Source: Microcoleus sp.
Lineage (GTDB): Bacteria; Cyanobacteriota; Cyanobacteriia; Cyanobacteriales; Microcoleaceae
DNA length: 64,000 nt
Direction of reading: 5' to 3'
NCBI GenBank assembly: GCA_052279835.1
Contig: CP181291.1
Location: forward strand, 1,536,001 to 1,600,000
In this document: in pieces, positions 1 to 8,706 of the stretch
How positions within the stretch are numbered: position 1 is the stretch's first letter
Layout: every line of letters starts with the position of its first letter
Program-made: the position numbers and the translations under genes
Notes under the pieces: generated by a model
Seen by the model: the letters and a program-made list of their open reading frames with translations, nothing else
Told to the model about the DNA's origin: nothing
Databases searched by the model: none

Positions 1-2
1 AT

Positions 3-245
3 TTAGGACAAAAAAGTATCGAATCTACCTTAAAAGGCAGCGATTTAGTTAGTGATTTGTCTACCGATACAGATGCCCCTGACTGGCAACAGGGCGAAGC
101 AGCAATCATGGCAAAAGGCTCGATTTTGCGAGAATTACACGCGCTGCTAAAAGCCAAAGATCCTGGCTTTGGTGGCTTAGTTCGAGTGCAGAATAGACGG
201 CGCGAATTCCTGTGGGTTCACGAGCAGTTTGTAGATGAGTATTAA
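3..245 (+). CDS. 3' end of a gene entering from the left; resembles the C-terminus of cyanobacterial LRR/Roc-COR proteins
   Basis: Frame is open from position 3 (LGQKSIESTLKG...) and ends FGGLVRVQNRRREFLWVHEQFVDEY, a tail I recall from LRR-Roc-COR proteins; the N-terminal part is outside the window. Confidence 0.5.
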   Translation, partial: LGQKSIESTLKGSDLVSDLSTDTDAPDWQQGEAAIMAKGSILRELHALLKAKDPGFGGLVRVQNRRREFLWVHEQFVDEY

Positions 246-295
246 GATTTTTATCTTGACACCATTATTAGGTCTATGTAATAATTTCAAACTCC

Positions 296-519
296 CTCGT
301 TACCAGGCTCTGCCTGGTAACGCAGATCCAGAGGCTCCGCCTCACCCAAACCCACTAACAACTTCCAAATTCCCCTAGTTCCCAGGCTCTGCCTGGTAAC
401 GCAGATCCAGAGGCTCCGCCTCACCCAAACCCACTAACAACTTCCAAATTCCCCTAGTTCCCAGGCTCTGCCTGGTAACGCAGATCCAGAGGCTCCGCCT
501 CGCCCAAACCCACTAACAA
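296..519. repeat. REP array left of RAYT: 3 tandem 79-bp units
   Basis: Units start at 296, 375 and 454. Each carries hairpin GTT(A/C)CCAGGC-TCT-GCCTGGTAAC followed by GCAGATCCAGAGGCTCCGCCTC. Confidence 0.9.
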
Positions 520-535
520 AACCCAGATTTTCACA

Positions 536-1075
536 ATGGGAAGAAGCAGATACAAAGTCATATATTCCGAAAACCAACCGCACTTTGTCACCTGTACAAT
601 TATCAACTGGATTCCAGTATTTTGTCAAGCAGAAATAGCACAAATAGTCTTGGATTCCTTAAGTTTCCTGCAACGGGAGAAGCGTTTAGCTTTACATGGT
701 TACGTGCTGATGGAAAATCACTTGCACTTAATCGTAACTTCCTCAGAATTGTCAACGCAAATGAGAAATTTTAAATCATTTACTGCGCGCTCTATAATTG
801 ATTTGCTTGAGATAAATAAAGCTACCAATATTCTCGATCAACTCGCATTTTATAAAAAGCTACACAAAAAAGACCAAAAATATCAGTTATGGCAAGAAGG
901 GTTCCACCCGCAAGCTATTTTGGATGAGGCAATGCTGTTGCAAAAATTGGAGTATATCCACAATAATCCTGTTAGGCGTGGTTATGTTGACGATCCAGCT
1001 TGTTGGAGATATTCTAGTTATCGAAATTATCAGGGTCAGGATGGATTGTTGCCTGTTGATTTGATTGATTTTTGA
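536..1075 (+). CDS. REP-associated tyrosine transposase (RAYT, Y1/HUH family)
   Basis: HFVT, MENHLHLI (HUH), WQEGFH, YIHNNPV (catalytic Tyr) and WRYSS motifs; flanked by inverted REP arrays. Confidence 0.9.
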   Translation: MGRSRYKVIYSENQPHFVTCTIINWIPVFCQAEIAQIVLDSLSFLQREKRLALHGYVLMENHLHLIVTSSELSTQMRNFKSFTARSIIDLLEINKATNILDQLAFYKKLHKKDQKYQLWQEGFHPQAILDEAMLLQKLEYIHNNPVRRGYVDDPACWRYSSYRNYQGQDGLLPVDLIDF

Positions 1076-1099
1076 GTTGGATGATTTGTTTTTATGAGC

Positions 1100-1248
1100 G
1101 AGGCAGAGCCTCTTGATCTGCGTTCCCAGGCAGAGCTTGGGAACGAGGATAGGCAGAGCCTCTTGATCTGCGTTCCCAGGCAGAGCTTGGGAACGAGGAT
1201 AGGCAGAGCTTGGGAGCGAGGATAGGCAGAGCTTGGGAACGAGGATAG
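1100..1248. repeat. REP array right of RAYT, inverted relative to the left array
   Basis: Two 50-bp units GAGGCAGAGCCTCTTGATCTGCGTTCCCAGGCAGAGCTTGGGAACGAG (near reverse complement of the left REP), then 23-bp half units. Confidence 0.9.
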
Positions 1249-1309
1249 GATAAACGAAGATAATTAACCCTCTTGCTGCTAAAATATCACCAATCAACAA
1301 CAAAAAATC

Positions 1310-1741
1310 ATGAAAAAGTCACATCTGTTTCTAGCCACCCTCACTTCCATCGTCATGGTTATCGGAATTAGTGGTAAGGCTTTACTACAACCATTGCCTC
1401 CCCTGCCTCCTCAGCCTCAAAAGTCTGCACAGCCTAACCAAAAAGCTAGTCAGAAACCCTCATTGCCCACCGACAAAACTCCCTTACCCGATCCTGATAC
1501 TTTGCTAGATATCGTATCGAATTTCGTAATCAAAAAATACCAAAGCACTTCCTGTGAAGAGTTAGCTAAGATGAAACCCCAACCTAACAAGAGTTCCGCC
1601 ACTGCTGGAACACCGGAATCAGTCCTTCAGACTAAGGCAGTGGAAATGTTGCGGAAGAATCCTGAGATGCGGAAGAAGTTTATTAATCGAGTCGCCGGAC
1701 CGATGGCTAATAAGATGTTTGAATGTAAATTGATTCCCTAA
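1310..1741 (+). CDS. Secreted hypothetical protein, paralog 1 (C-terminal SCEE...ANKMFECxLIP domain)
   Basis: N-terminal signal-like segment, Pro/Gln-rich linker, C-terminus shared with the next gene. Confidence 0.8.
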   Translation: MKKSHLFLATLTSIVMVIGISGKALLQPLPPLPPQPQKSAQPNQKASQKPSLPTDKTPLPDPDTLLDIVSNFVIKKYQSTSCEELAKMKPQPNKSSATAGTPESVLQTKAVEMLRKNPEMRKKFINRVAGPMANKMFECKLIP

Positions 1742-1754
1742 AGAGGACAAATTT

Positions 1755-2090
1755 ATGAAAAAATTTCATCTTTTGTTTCTAGGCTTTTTAACTTCTGTGG
1801 GAATGGTTGTCAGTTCCTGTGACAGTTTTGTATCTCAGGAAGCTTTGTTGGATATTGCTGTCAATTTTGCGATCGCCAAATACGAAAAAGCTTCCTGTGA
1901 AGAAGTGGCCCAAATGCAGCCTCAGTCTAAGTCCACACCAGATTCAACAACTGATGGGGGGAAACAAGCTGCTCTGCAAGCAAAAGCGATCGAACTCTTG
2001 CAGAACAATCCTGAACTCCGTCAGAAATTTATCGATCGCGTCGCCGGACCCATTGCTAATAAGATGTTTGAATGTAACTTAATTCCCTAG
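1755..2090 (+). CDS. Putative lipoprotein, paralog 2
   Basis: MKK plus hydrophobic stretch plus VSSC lipobox-like motif; FIDRVAGPIANKMFECNLIP matches the previous gene; GAGG RBS upstream. Confidence 0.8.
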   Translation: MKKFHLLFLGFLTSVGMVVSSCDSFVSQEALLDIAVNFAIAKYEKASCEEVAQMQPQSKSTPDSTTDGGKQAALQAKAIELLQNNPELRQKFIDRVAGPIANKMFECNLIP

Positions 2091-2168
2091 ATTTATATTA
2101 AAATCTTAGTAGGGCATAGAGAAATGTTTGTAACGAACAGCTATCTAAAATATAACATCTAAAATCCC

Positions 2169-2615
2169 ATGACTAATTGGTTAGAACATAGCGTACAAGT
2201 AGAAGTAGCAATTCCCATCGAATTAGCGTGGAAACTGTGGTCAGACTTAGAGCAAATGCCACGCTGGATGAAGTGGATAGAATCAGTTCGCATTCTCGAA
2301 GACAACCCGGAATTGTCGAGGTGGAAACTCGCCACTGGTGGCTTAGAATTTAGCTGGCTGTCTCGGATTTTAAAATTAGTCCCCAATCAGATTATGCAGT
2401 GGGAATCAGTAGACGGTTTGCCCAATCGAGGTGCGGTGCGGTTTTACGATCGCAAAAACAGCAGCATTGTCAAACTAACCGTAGCCTATGGCATTCCCGG
2501 ATGGTTGGCAAAATTGATGGACAATTCCTTTGTGGGGCGGGTAGTTGAATCGACACTTCAGGCAGATTTAGAAAGGTTTAAAGAGTATGCCCTGAAAGTT
2601 AAGGCAACATCCTAA
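2169..2615 (+). CDS. SRPBCC / polyketide cyclase-dehydrase family protein
   Basis: WLEHSVQVEV...WSDLEQMPRWMKWI...WESVDGLPNRGAVRF, a typical cyanobacterial SRPBCC protein. Confidence 0.9.
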   Translation: MTNWLEHSVQVEVAIPIELAWKLWSDLEQMPRWMKWIESVRILEDNPELSRWKLATGGLEFSWLSRILKLVPNQIMQWESVDGLPNRGAVRFYDRKNSSIVKLTVAYGIPGWLAKLMDNSFVGRVVESTLQADLERFKEYALKVKATS

Positions 2616-2620
2616 ATTCT

Positions 2621-2680
2621 GATGACTAAAGTCCTCATTACAAACCAACATTCCCTTGATAGTAAGGACTTTAGTCCGTC
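2621..2680. repeat. Inverted pair of REP-like repeats (GACTAAAGTCCTCAyTACAAACC family)
   Basis: GATGACTAAAGTCCTCATTACAAACC ... TTGATAGTAAGGACTTTAGTCCGTC; related copies near 27974 and 31955-32010. Confidence 0.65.
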
Positions 2681-2773
2681 TGAAAGTTAGTTTTTTAACG
2701 ATCGCGCGAGGCTCCATCTCCCATAGGTTTTCGTATGATAGAGATATCCTGCTGATTCATTCCTCGCTTGGTT

Positions 2774-4780
2774 ATGAGTTACTGCCTCAATCCTGCTTGT
2801 CAAAACCCCCAAAATGCCGATCGCACCCAATTTTGTCTTAATTGTGGCAGCAAACTCTTGCTCAGAGAGCGTTACCGGGCCCTAAAACCCCTGGGGCGAG
2901 GGGGTTTTGGCCGCACTTTTTTAGCCATAGATGAAGACAAACCCTCCAAACCTCGCTGCGCCATCAAACAATTTTTCCCCTTAGCCCAAGGTACTAGCAG
3001 CACCCAGAAAGCAGCAGAATTATTCAACCGAGAAGCCGTGCGCCTGGACGAATTGGGAAAACACCCACAAATTCCCGAATTACTGGCCCACTTTCAGCAG
3101 GAAAACTATCAATATTTGGTGCAAGAATTTATCGAAGGTCAGAATTTACAGCAAGAGTTGGCGCGACACGGGGCCTTTAGCGAAAATCAAATTCTCAGTT
3201 TGCTGAAGGATTTATTGCCAGTATTGGAGTTTGTCCACTCGCGCAGTGTCATTCACCGAGATATTAAACCACCAAATATTATCCGTCGCCGCCCGGTTCA
3301 ACCTTCCATTATTTATACTTACCCAACCCTAACGGGAGAATTAGTTTTAGTGGATTTTGGTGCGGCCAAAGTTGTCGAGGGTTCCAGAGAAACTGGTACT
3401 GTCATCGGTTCTCCCGAATTTGTCGCGCCGGAACAAATTCGAGGTCAAGCGGTTTTTGCCAGCGATTTGTATAGTTTGGGAGTAACTTGCATTTATTTGA
3501 TGACTCAAGTATCGCCTTTTGATTTGTTCGATCTCAATCAAGATGTTTGGGTTTGGCGAGACTTTGTGAAGGTGCCAATCGATCCGAAATTGGGTCGCAT
3601 TCTCGACAAAATGATCGAACCGAGTCTGAGTCGGCGCTACAAATCTGTGGCGCAGGTACTCCCAGATTTGCTACCGCAGCCGTCGGCGGGGACGGGCACG
3701 GCGACACCAGCCCAGTCAGCCCCCGCCATTCCCGTGCAGCAGAGGATGCCTGTGGTGCAAAATACACTGCCACCAACGGTTGCAGGCACTATTTTACCTG
3801 TGCCACAGATGCAGCGGGTTGTGCCGGCACAGGCCTCCACTTGGCGGTGTGTTCATACTCTGGTAGGCCACTCCAATGCTGTCACGTCGGTAGCTTTTAG
3901 TCCTGATGGTCAAACTTTGGCTAGTGGTAGCGAGGACAAGACGATTGAGATGTGGAAGTTGGATACCCTCAAGCGCTGGTATACTCTCACTGGCCATTCT
4001 GACTGGGTGACTGCTGTGGCTTTTAGTCCTGATGGGGCGACTTTGGCTAGCAGTGGGCGGGACAAAATGATTCACATTTGGGATTTGAATAAGGGTAAGT
4101 GGTGGTACGCTTTGGCTGGTCATTCTGACAGGGTTGCTGCTGTGGCGTTTAGCCCCAATGGTCAGGTTTTGGCTAGTGGGAGTCGGGACAAGAGTGTGTT
4201 GTTGTGGAATTTGAATAAGGGAAGGCGGATGTCGGCTTTGATTGGTCACGCTGATGGGGTGGAAGCGGTGGCTTTTAGTGCGGATGGGGAGTTTTTGGTT
4301 AGCGGGAGTCGGGACAAGACTTTGCGGTTGTGGGATTGGCAAACTGGTCGATCGATTTGTACTTTAGCAGAGCACGGGGATTGGGTGCGATCGACTGTTT
4401 TTGCTGGGAACTTCCCTCACCCCAACCACACCAGGGGAGGGGTAGGAGAGGGATTGATTTTGGTGAGTGGGAGTCGGGATGGTACGGCGAAGTTGTGGCG
4501 GGTGGATGCCCAGGAGGGGCGTGGCAGCTTGTTGCGGAGTTTCAGGGATAATTCTGGGGATGTTTTGTGTCTGGCTTTGAGCCCGGATGGTCGGGTTTTG
4601 GCTAGTGGGAGTCGGGATGGCACGGTTTATTTGTGGGATGCCCAGGCGGGGGGTTTGTTGGAAATTTTGTCGGGCCACGGGGGGGAGGTTTTGTCTGTGG
4701 CGTTTAGTGCCGATGGGGGTAGTTTGGCTAGTGGTGGGGGCGATCGCACTGTGAAAATTTGGCGCCGAATTGGCGATTAG
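2774..4780 (+). CDS. Ser/Thr protein kinase with N-terminal 4-Cys domain and C-terminal WD40 propeller
   Basis: YCLNPAC..FCLNCG; GRGGFGRT, HRDIKPPN, DFG, APE; about 7 GH...WD repeats. Confidence 0.95.
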   Translation: MSYCLNPACQNPQNADRTQFCLNCGSKLLLRERYRALKPLGRGGFGRTFLAIDEDKPSKPRCAIKQFFPLAQGTSSTQKAAELFNREAVRLDELGKHPQIPELLAHFQQENYQYLVQEFIEGQNLQQELARHGAFSENQILSLLKDLLPVLEFVHSRSVIHRDIKPPNIIRRRPVQPSIIYTYPTLTGELVLVDFGAAKVVEGSRETGTVIGSPEFVAPEQIRGQAVFASDLYSLGVTCIYLMTQVSPFDLFDLNQDVWVWRDFVKVPIDPKLGRILDKMIEPSLSRRYKSVAQVLPDLLPQPSAGTGTATPAQSAPAIPVQQRMPVVQNTLPPTVAGTILPVPQMQRVVPAQASTWRCVHTLVGHSNAVTSVAFSPDGQTLASGSEDKTIEMWKLDTLKRWYTLTGHSDWVTAVAFSPDGATLASSGRDKMIHIWDLNKGKWWYALAGHSDRVAAVAFSPNGQVLASGSRDKSVLLWNLNKGRRMSALIGHADGVEAVAFSADGEFLVSGSRDKTLRLWDWQTGRSICTLAEHGDWVRSTVFAGNFPHPNHTRGGVGEGLILVSGSRDGTAKLWRVDAQEGRGSLLRSFRDNSGDVLCLALSPDGRVLASGSRDGTVYLWDAQAGGLLEILSGHGGEVLSVAFSADGGSLASGGGDRTVKIWRRIGD

Positions 4781-4800
4781 AAAAAATTTAATTTTTCTGC

Positions 4801-4830
4801 TTGACATTCAAGGGATAGTTCTGCTACATT
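4801..4830 (+). promoter_or_regulatory. sigma70-type promoter of tRNA-Val
   Basis: TTGACA (4801-4806), 18 nt, TACATT (4825-4830), directly upstream of the tRNA. Confidence 0.7.
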
Positions 4831-4842
4831 AGGAATTCGTGA

Positions 4843-4916
<74 letters not shown>

Positions 4917-5096
4917 TGAATTTGATTCCCATACCACATTAGCATTTCATTTCCCCCTAGGATCTCAATGTAGTGCTACTATGCGGTTTGTATCCGTTTT
5001 CTAAACTTAGCATCCTGGTTTTCTCTGAGTCCGCATCGGCGGACTTTGCTTGTTTAGAAGCGATGTTCATCGCCGAATTTGAAAGGGTTTTCAACT

Positions 5097-8000
5097 ATGA
5101 TTGATATTGGTTCCTTGGTCCGATCGCCTAAAAACGATTTGGGAGTCGGAAAAGTGGTCGAATTATCCCGCACCGAAGCCCTAATTGAATATTTTTGCTC
5201 AGTTAAACACCGCCTTACCAAAACAGTACCCCTAGGTTTACTCCAAGAAGCCAGACTTCAGCGCCAAACTCGATGCTACCTCTGGAGCACCACGTTAGAG
5301 CGCTGGATTATTGGTCGGATTTATGACTGGGATGAAGATAGAATGCTCTACGACATCGACCTCCCTGATAGTCAAAGCATACAAGCTGTCGAAACAGATA
5401 TTTATGTTCGCTGCAATATCCCGATCGCCGATCCGATCGACATTTTAGCCGTCAAAGGTCAAGAAACTCCCTATTTTCACGATCGCCGACTCGCCTTCGT
5501 TCAATCTACCATCACCCAGCGCGCCGTCAGCCGCGGTATGACAGGTTTGATTTCTGCCAACATAGACCTCTATCCTCACCAAGTTGAAGTCGTGCGGCGC
5601 GTCCTAGAAGACCCGATTGGACGCTATTTATTAGCAGATGAAGTAGGATTGGGAAAAACCGTAGAAGCTGGGACAATTCTCCGCCAATTTCTCCTAGATG
5701 ATCCCAATGGACGCGCTGTGGTGATGGTTCCCAAATACCTAACTCAGCAGTGGCGCGATGAGTTAGAAAATAAGTTCTATTTGTCTCATTTTGCCGATCG
5801 AGTCCAGCTAGTTTCTCTTAGCGAAATTAATCAAGTTAGTCGCAATGCTAATCTAGATTTTCTGATTGTGGATGAAGCCCATGAGCTTGCTGCGATGGCT
5901 TATTCGGGCGATCGCACTCAGAAGCAGTGCTTTGAAATTTGCCAAACCCTAGCTCACAAAACCAAAAATTTATTGTTATTATCTGCGACACCAGTTTTGG
6001 GACACGAGCAAGAGTTTCTCACAATGTTAAACTTGCTAGACCCCACAACTTACCGTCTTGATGATTTGGCAAATTTCAAAGAACAGGTGCAAAATCGCCA
6101 GGAAATCGGGCGCGCCTTGCTGGATTTTCGAGCAGAAACTAACCCAGGGGTTTTGCAAACAAAACTCGCTCAACTCCGCACTTTTTTTGCTCAAGATGAT
6201 TATTTAATCGGATTAGCAAATGAATTAGAAAGTTGTTGGAAAACTGAAGCAACCACAGAATGCGATCGCCTTGTCAGAACTATTCGCACCCACGTTAGCG
6301 ATACCTACCGTCTGTACCGCCGAATGCTTCGCAATCGCCGAGACGCAGTGGAAGATGTGATGTTCGATCGAGATACTCTCCCCAAAGTTGAGTACGATCT
6401 CAATGACGAACAGTGGTCGGAAATTCACAGTATCCTGGAAAAATGGCGGACTCTGGCTCCTAATAAGAGCACCTATCAAAAAATCTTTCTGCTGTTTTTC
6501 CGAACTTCCGGTACCTGGCTGAATGTTTTGGAACGGGTTGTGAAAGCTCGTTTACAAAAGAAATCGACGGCGGAACTCGATCGCGAATTTGGGTCCAAGT
6601 ACATGGGGATTGTGACTCAAACCGCCATGTTTTCAGGAGAAAGCGCCATCTTAGAATCTTTGCTCAATGCCCTAGAAAAGCCCCAGGAAGGAGTGGACAG
6701 ACTGAGTTTGTTGAGAATCGTCATTATCCGATTTCTAGGCGTTGCTTTGAAGATTCCACCGGAGTATCACAGCAAAGCTCGCGATTTGTTGTCCCGAATT
6801 CAACAGCAAATTAAAAGACCGCTTCCCGGTGATAAATTCCCCAAAATAGTCATCTTTACCAGTTTTAATGAAACTTGTAAAGCCATTGCTGAAAATTTAG
6901 CGAAGATTTTGGGCAAAAATGCGATCGCCACCCATGAGACTAGCAAAGCAGCCGCGGATGTTGAAGGGAATTTGAAACGGTTTAAGACTGAGCCAAATTG
7001 CTTTATCCTAGTCTGCGATCGTTCGGCGGAAACAGGCATAAATCTGCAATTTATTGATTGGTTAATTCACTTCGATTTACCGTGGCTTCCCAATCAGTTA
7101 GAACAAAGATTAAGTAGAGTCGATCGCATTGGTAGCAAAATGGGAGTGCAGTTTTGTTTGTTTGCAGGCCCAGATTTGCCAGAAAGTCCCCACGAAGCTT
7201 GGTTTCAAGTTTTAAAAGATGGGTTTGATATCTTCAACAAATCTATTGCTAGTCTTCAGTTTTATGTCAATGAAAAAATGCCAAAACTTGAAGAGAAATT
7301 GCTGACAGAAGGAGCAAAAGGCCTAGCTAGCGAAATTGAATTAATCAAAACTGAAATCGTCGCCGCCAAAGTCAAAATTGACGAACAACAGGTTTTGGAT
7401 GAAATTGACCTGTTTGAGGAAAGTGCATCTGAGTATTTTCAATCCCTCGATGATTGCGATGCTAAACATAAAGAAATGCAGCGGGCGACGGAAGGTTGGA
7501 TCTGTCAAGCTCTGAATTTCAAACAGGTTGAACATCCGAGTATATCGGGGTTGGTGCGCTATCAACCTAGTCAAAAAACCTTGATTCCTTCCAATGATTT
7601 GAGAACCCGATTGATTCCCTATTGTCAGCAATATGGTAGTTACAATCGCCGCGTTGCTCACCAAAATTTGGATGTCGCTCTTTACCGCATTGGTGAGGGA
7701 TTGATCGATGCGCTTAGTTCCTATATTCGCTGGGACGATCGGGGCCAAGCTTTTGCATTGTGGCGTCACGATGAAAGTTGGGATGCGGAGGAAGGAAAGG
7801 AGTGGTTTGGGTTACAATTTAATTATTCAATCCAGACAGATTTGCAACCTGCTTCGCAAGTATTGCAAACTCAAAATATCGAAAATTACAATTTGAAAGC
7901 TTTGCAAAGACGGGCTGATGCTCTGTTTTTGCCTGTTTTTGAAACGGTGTTTGTTGATGCTCGCAGCGAGCAGATGTTGCTGGTGGAAGATGAGGAAATT

Positions 8001-8432
8001 CTGAATATTTTGCAGCGCCCTTATAAGGGGAAAGGTGGCCCGAATCGAGATTATAATTTGTCGAAAAATCGGACTGCGATTCTCGACAGTTTTGTCGATC
8101 CGCTAGAATGGGATGATTTTTGTCAACGGGGAAGGCTGAGATCGGAGGAATTGCTGCGTGGGCGATCGGCTTTTGTCGAAATGTGCGAGCGATCGGCTCT
8201 GAGTGCTACAATTGAACTGGAAAACCGGGTGAATCAATTGCAATTGCGCTTGAATCGGCTGTCTCAATCTGAACAACTTTTAGAGTCGGTTTTGACCGAT
8301 GAAATTAGCACAGAAAGTATGTTAAGTCAAGCTGTTTTAGCGGGAATTCGTCATCCACATCTGACTCTGGAATCGGTTGGATTTATTGTGATTTCTGGGC
8401 GGGCTCCTGTCAAGTCGGAGGATGAAGGATAA
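5097..8432 (+). CDS. dpdE: SNF2/RapA-like helicase, DpdE-like
   Basis: LLADEVGLGKT, IVDEAH, LLLSATP, GINLQ and DLPW.PN.LEQR..R.DRIG motifs. The N-terminus (LGVGKV..IEYF..LQRQTRCY) and C-terminus resemble DpdE as I recall it. Confidence 0.75.
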   Translation: MIDIGSLVRSPKNDLGVGKVVELSRTEALIEYFCSVKHRLTKTVPLGLLQEARLQRQTRCYLWSTTLERWIIGRIYDWDEDRMLYDIDLPDSQSIQAVETDIYVRCNIPIADPIDILAVKGQETPYFHDRRLAFVQSTITQRAVSRGMTGLISANIDLYPHQVEVVRRVLEDPIGRYLLADEVGLGKTVEAGTILRQFLLDDPNGRAVVMVPKYLTQQWRDELENKFYLSHFADRVQLVSLSEINQVSRNANLDFLIVDEAHELAAMAYSGDRTQKQCFEICQTLAHKTKNLLLLSATPVLGHEQEFLTMLNLLDPTTYRLDDLANFKEQVQNRQEIGRALLDFRAETNPGVLQTKLAQLRTFFAQDDYLIGLANELESCWKTEATTECDRLVRTIRTHVSDTYRLYRRMLRNRRDAVEDVMFDRDTLPKVEYDLNDEQWSEIHSILEKWRTLAPNKSTYQKIFLLFFRTSGTWLNVLERVVKARLQKKSTAELDREFGSKYMGIVTQTAMFSGESAILESLLNALEKPQEGVDRLSLLRIVIIRFLGVALKIPPEYHSKARDLLSRIQQQIKRPLPGDKFPKIVIFTSFNETCKAIAENLAKILGKNAIATHETSKAAADVEGNLKRFKTEPNCFILVCDRSAETGINLQFIDWLIHFDLPWLPNQLEQRLSRVDRIGSKMGVQFCLFAGPDLPESPHEAWFQVLKDGFDIFNKSIASLQFYVNEKMPKLEEKLLTEGAKGLASEIELIKTEIVAAKVKIDEQQVLDEIDLFEESASEYFQSLDDCDAKHKEMQRATEGWICQALNFKQVEHPSISGLVRYQPSQKTLIPSNDLRTRLIPYCQQYGSYNRRVAHQNLDVALYRIGEGLIDALSSYIRWDDRGQAFALWRHDESWDAEEGKEWFGLQFNYSIQTDLQPASQVLQTQNIENYNLKALQRRADALFLPVFETVFVDARSEQMLLVEDEEILNILQRPYKGKGGPNRDYNLSKNRTAILDSFVDPLEWDDFCQRGRLRSEELLRGRSAFVEMCERSALSATIELENRVNQLQLRLNRLSQSEQLLESVLTDEISTESMLSQAVLAGIRHPHLTLESVGFIVISGRAPVKSEDEG

Positions 8433-8499
8433 CGGGTTTTCGTGAACTGCGATCGCTCTTGTTTACCGAGGGCGATCCATCGCTAACGATATCTCAAAT

Positions 8500-8635
8500 T
8501 ATATCAAATCCTCTCTTCATCGTCCTGTATTAAACTCTCTCTTCTCTTCCTCTTTCCCCCCTTGGGGGGGGCAGGGGGGGGTCGTCCTTAGCGCCTTCGC
8601 GGTTAAATCATTCCCATACAACCGTAATTGATATT
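8500..8635. mobile_element. MITE-like element (about 135 bp), copy 1
   Basis: Ends ATATCAAATCC / CCGTAATTGATAT; near-identical copy at 48489-48623; shorter relative at 10016-10124. Confidence 0.75.
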
Positions 8636-8706
8636 ACCCACCCTGCAATTACCTCCTATATCAACAGCGGGTAAAAAAATAATGAAATGTCGATAGGTGC
8701 GAGGGA

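Noticed and set aside
296..1250. CRISPR array
   Set aside because: The intervening sequences are identical rather than unique spacers, there are no cas genes, and the arrays flank a RAYT in inverted orientation
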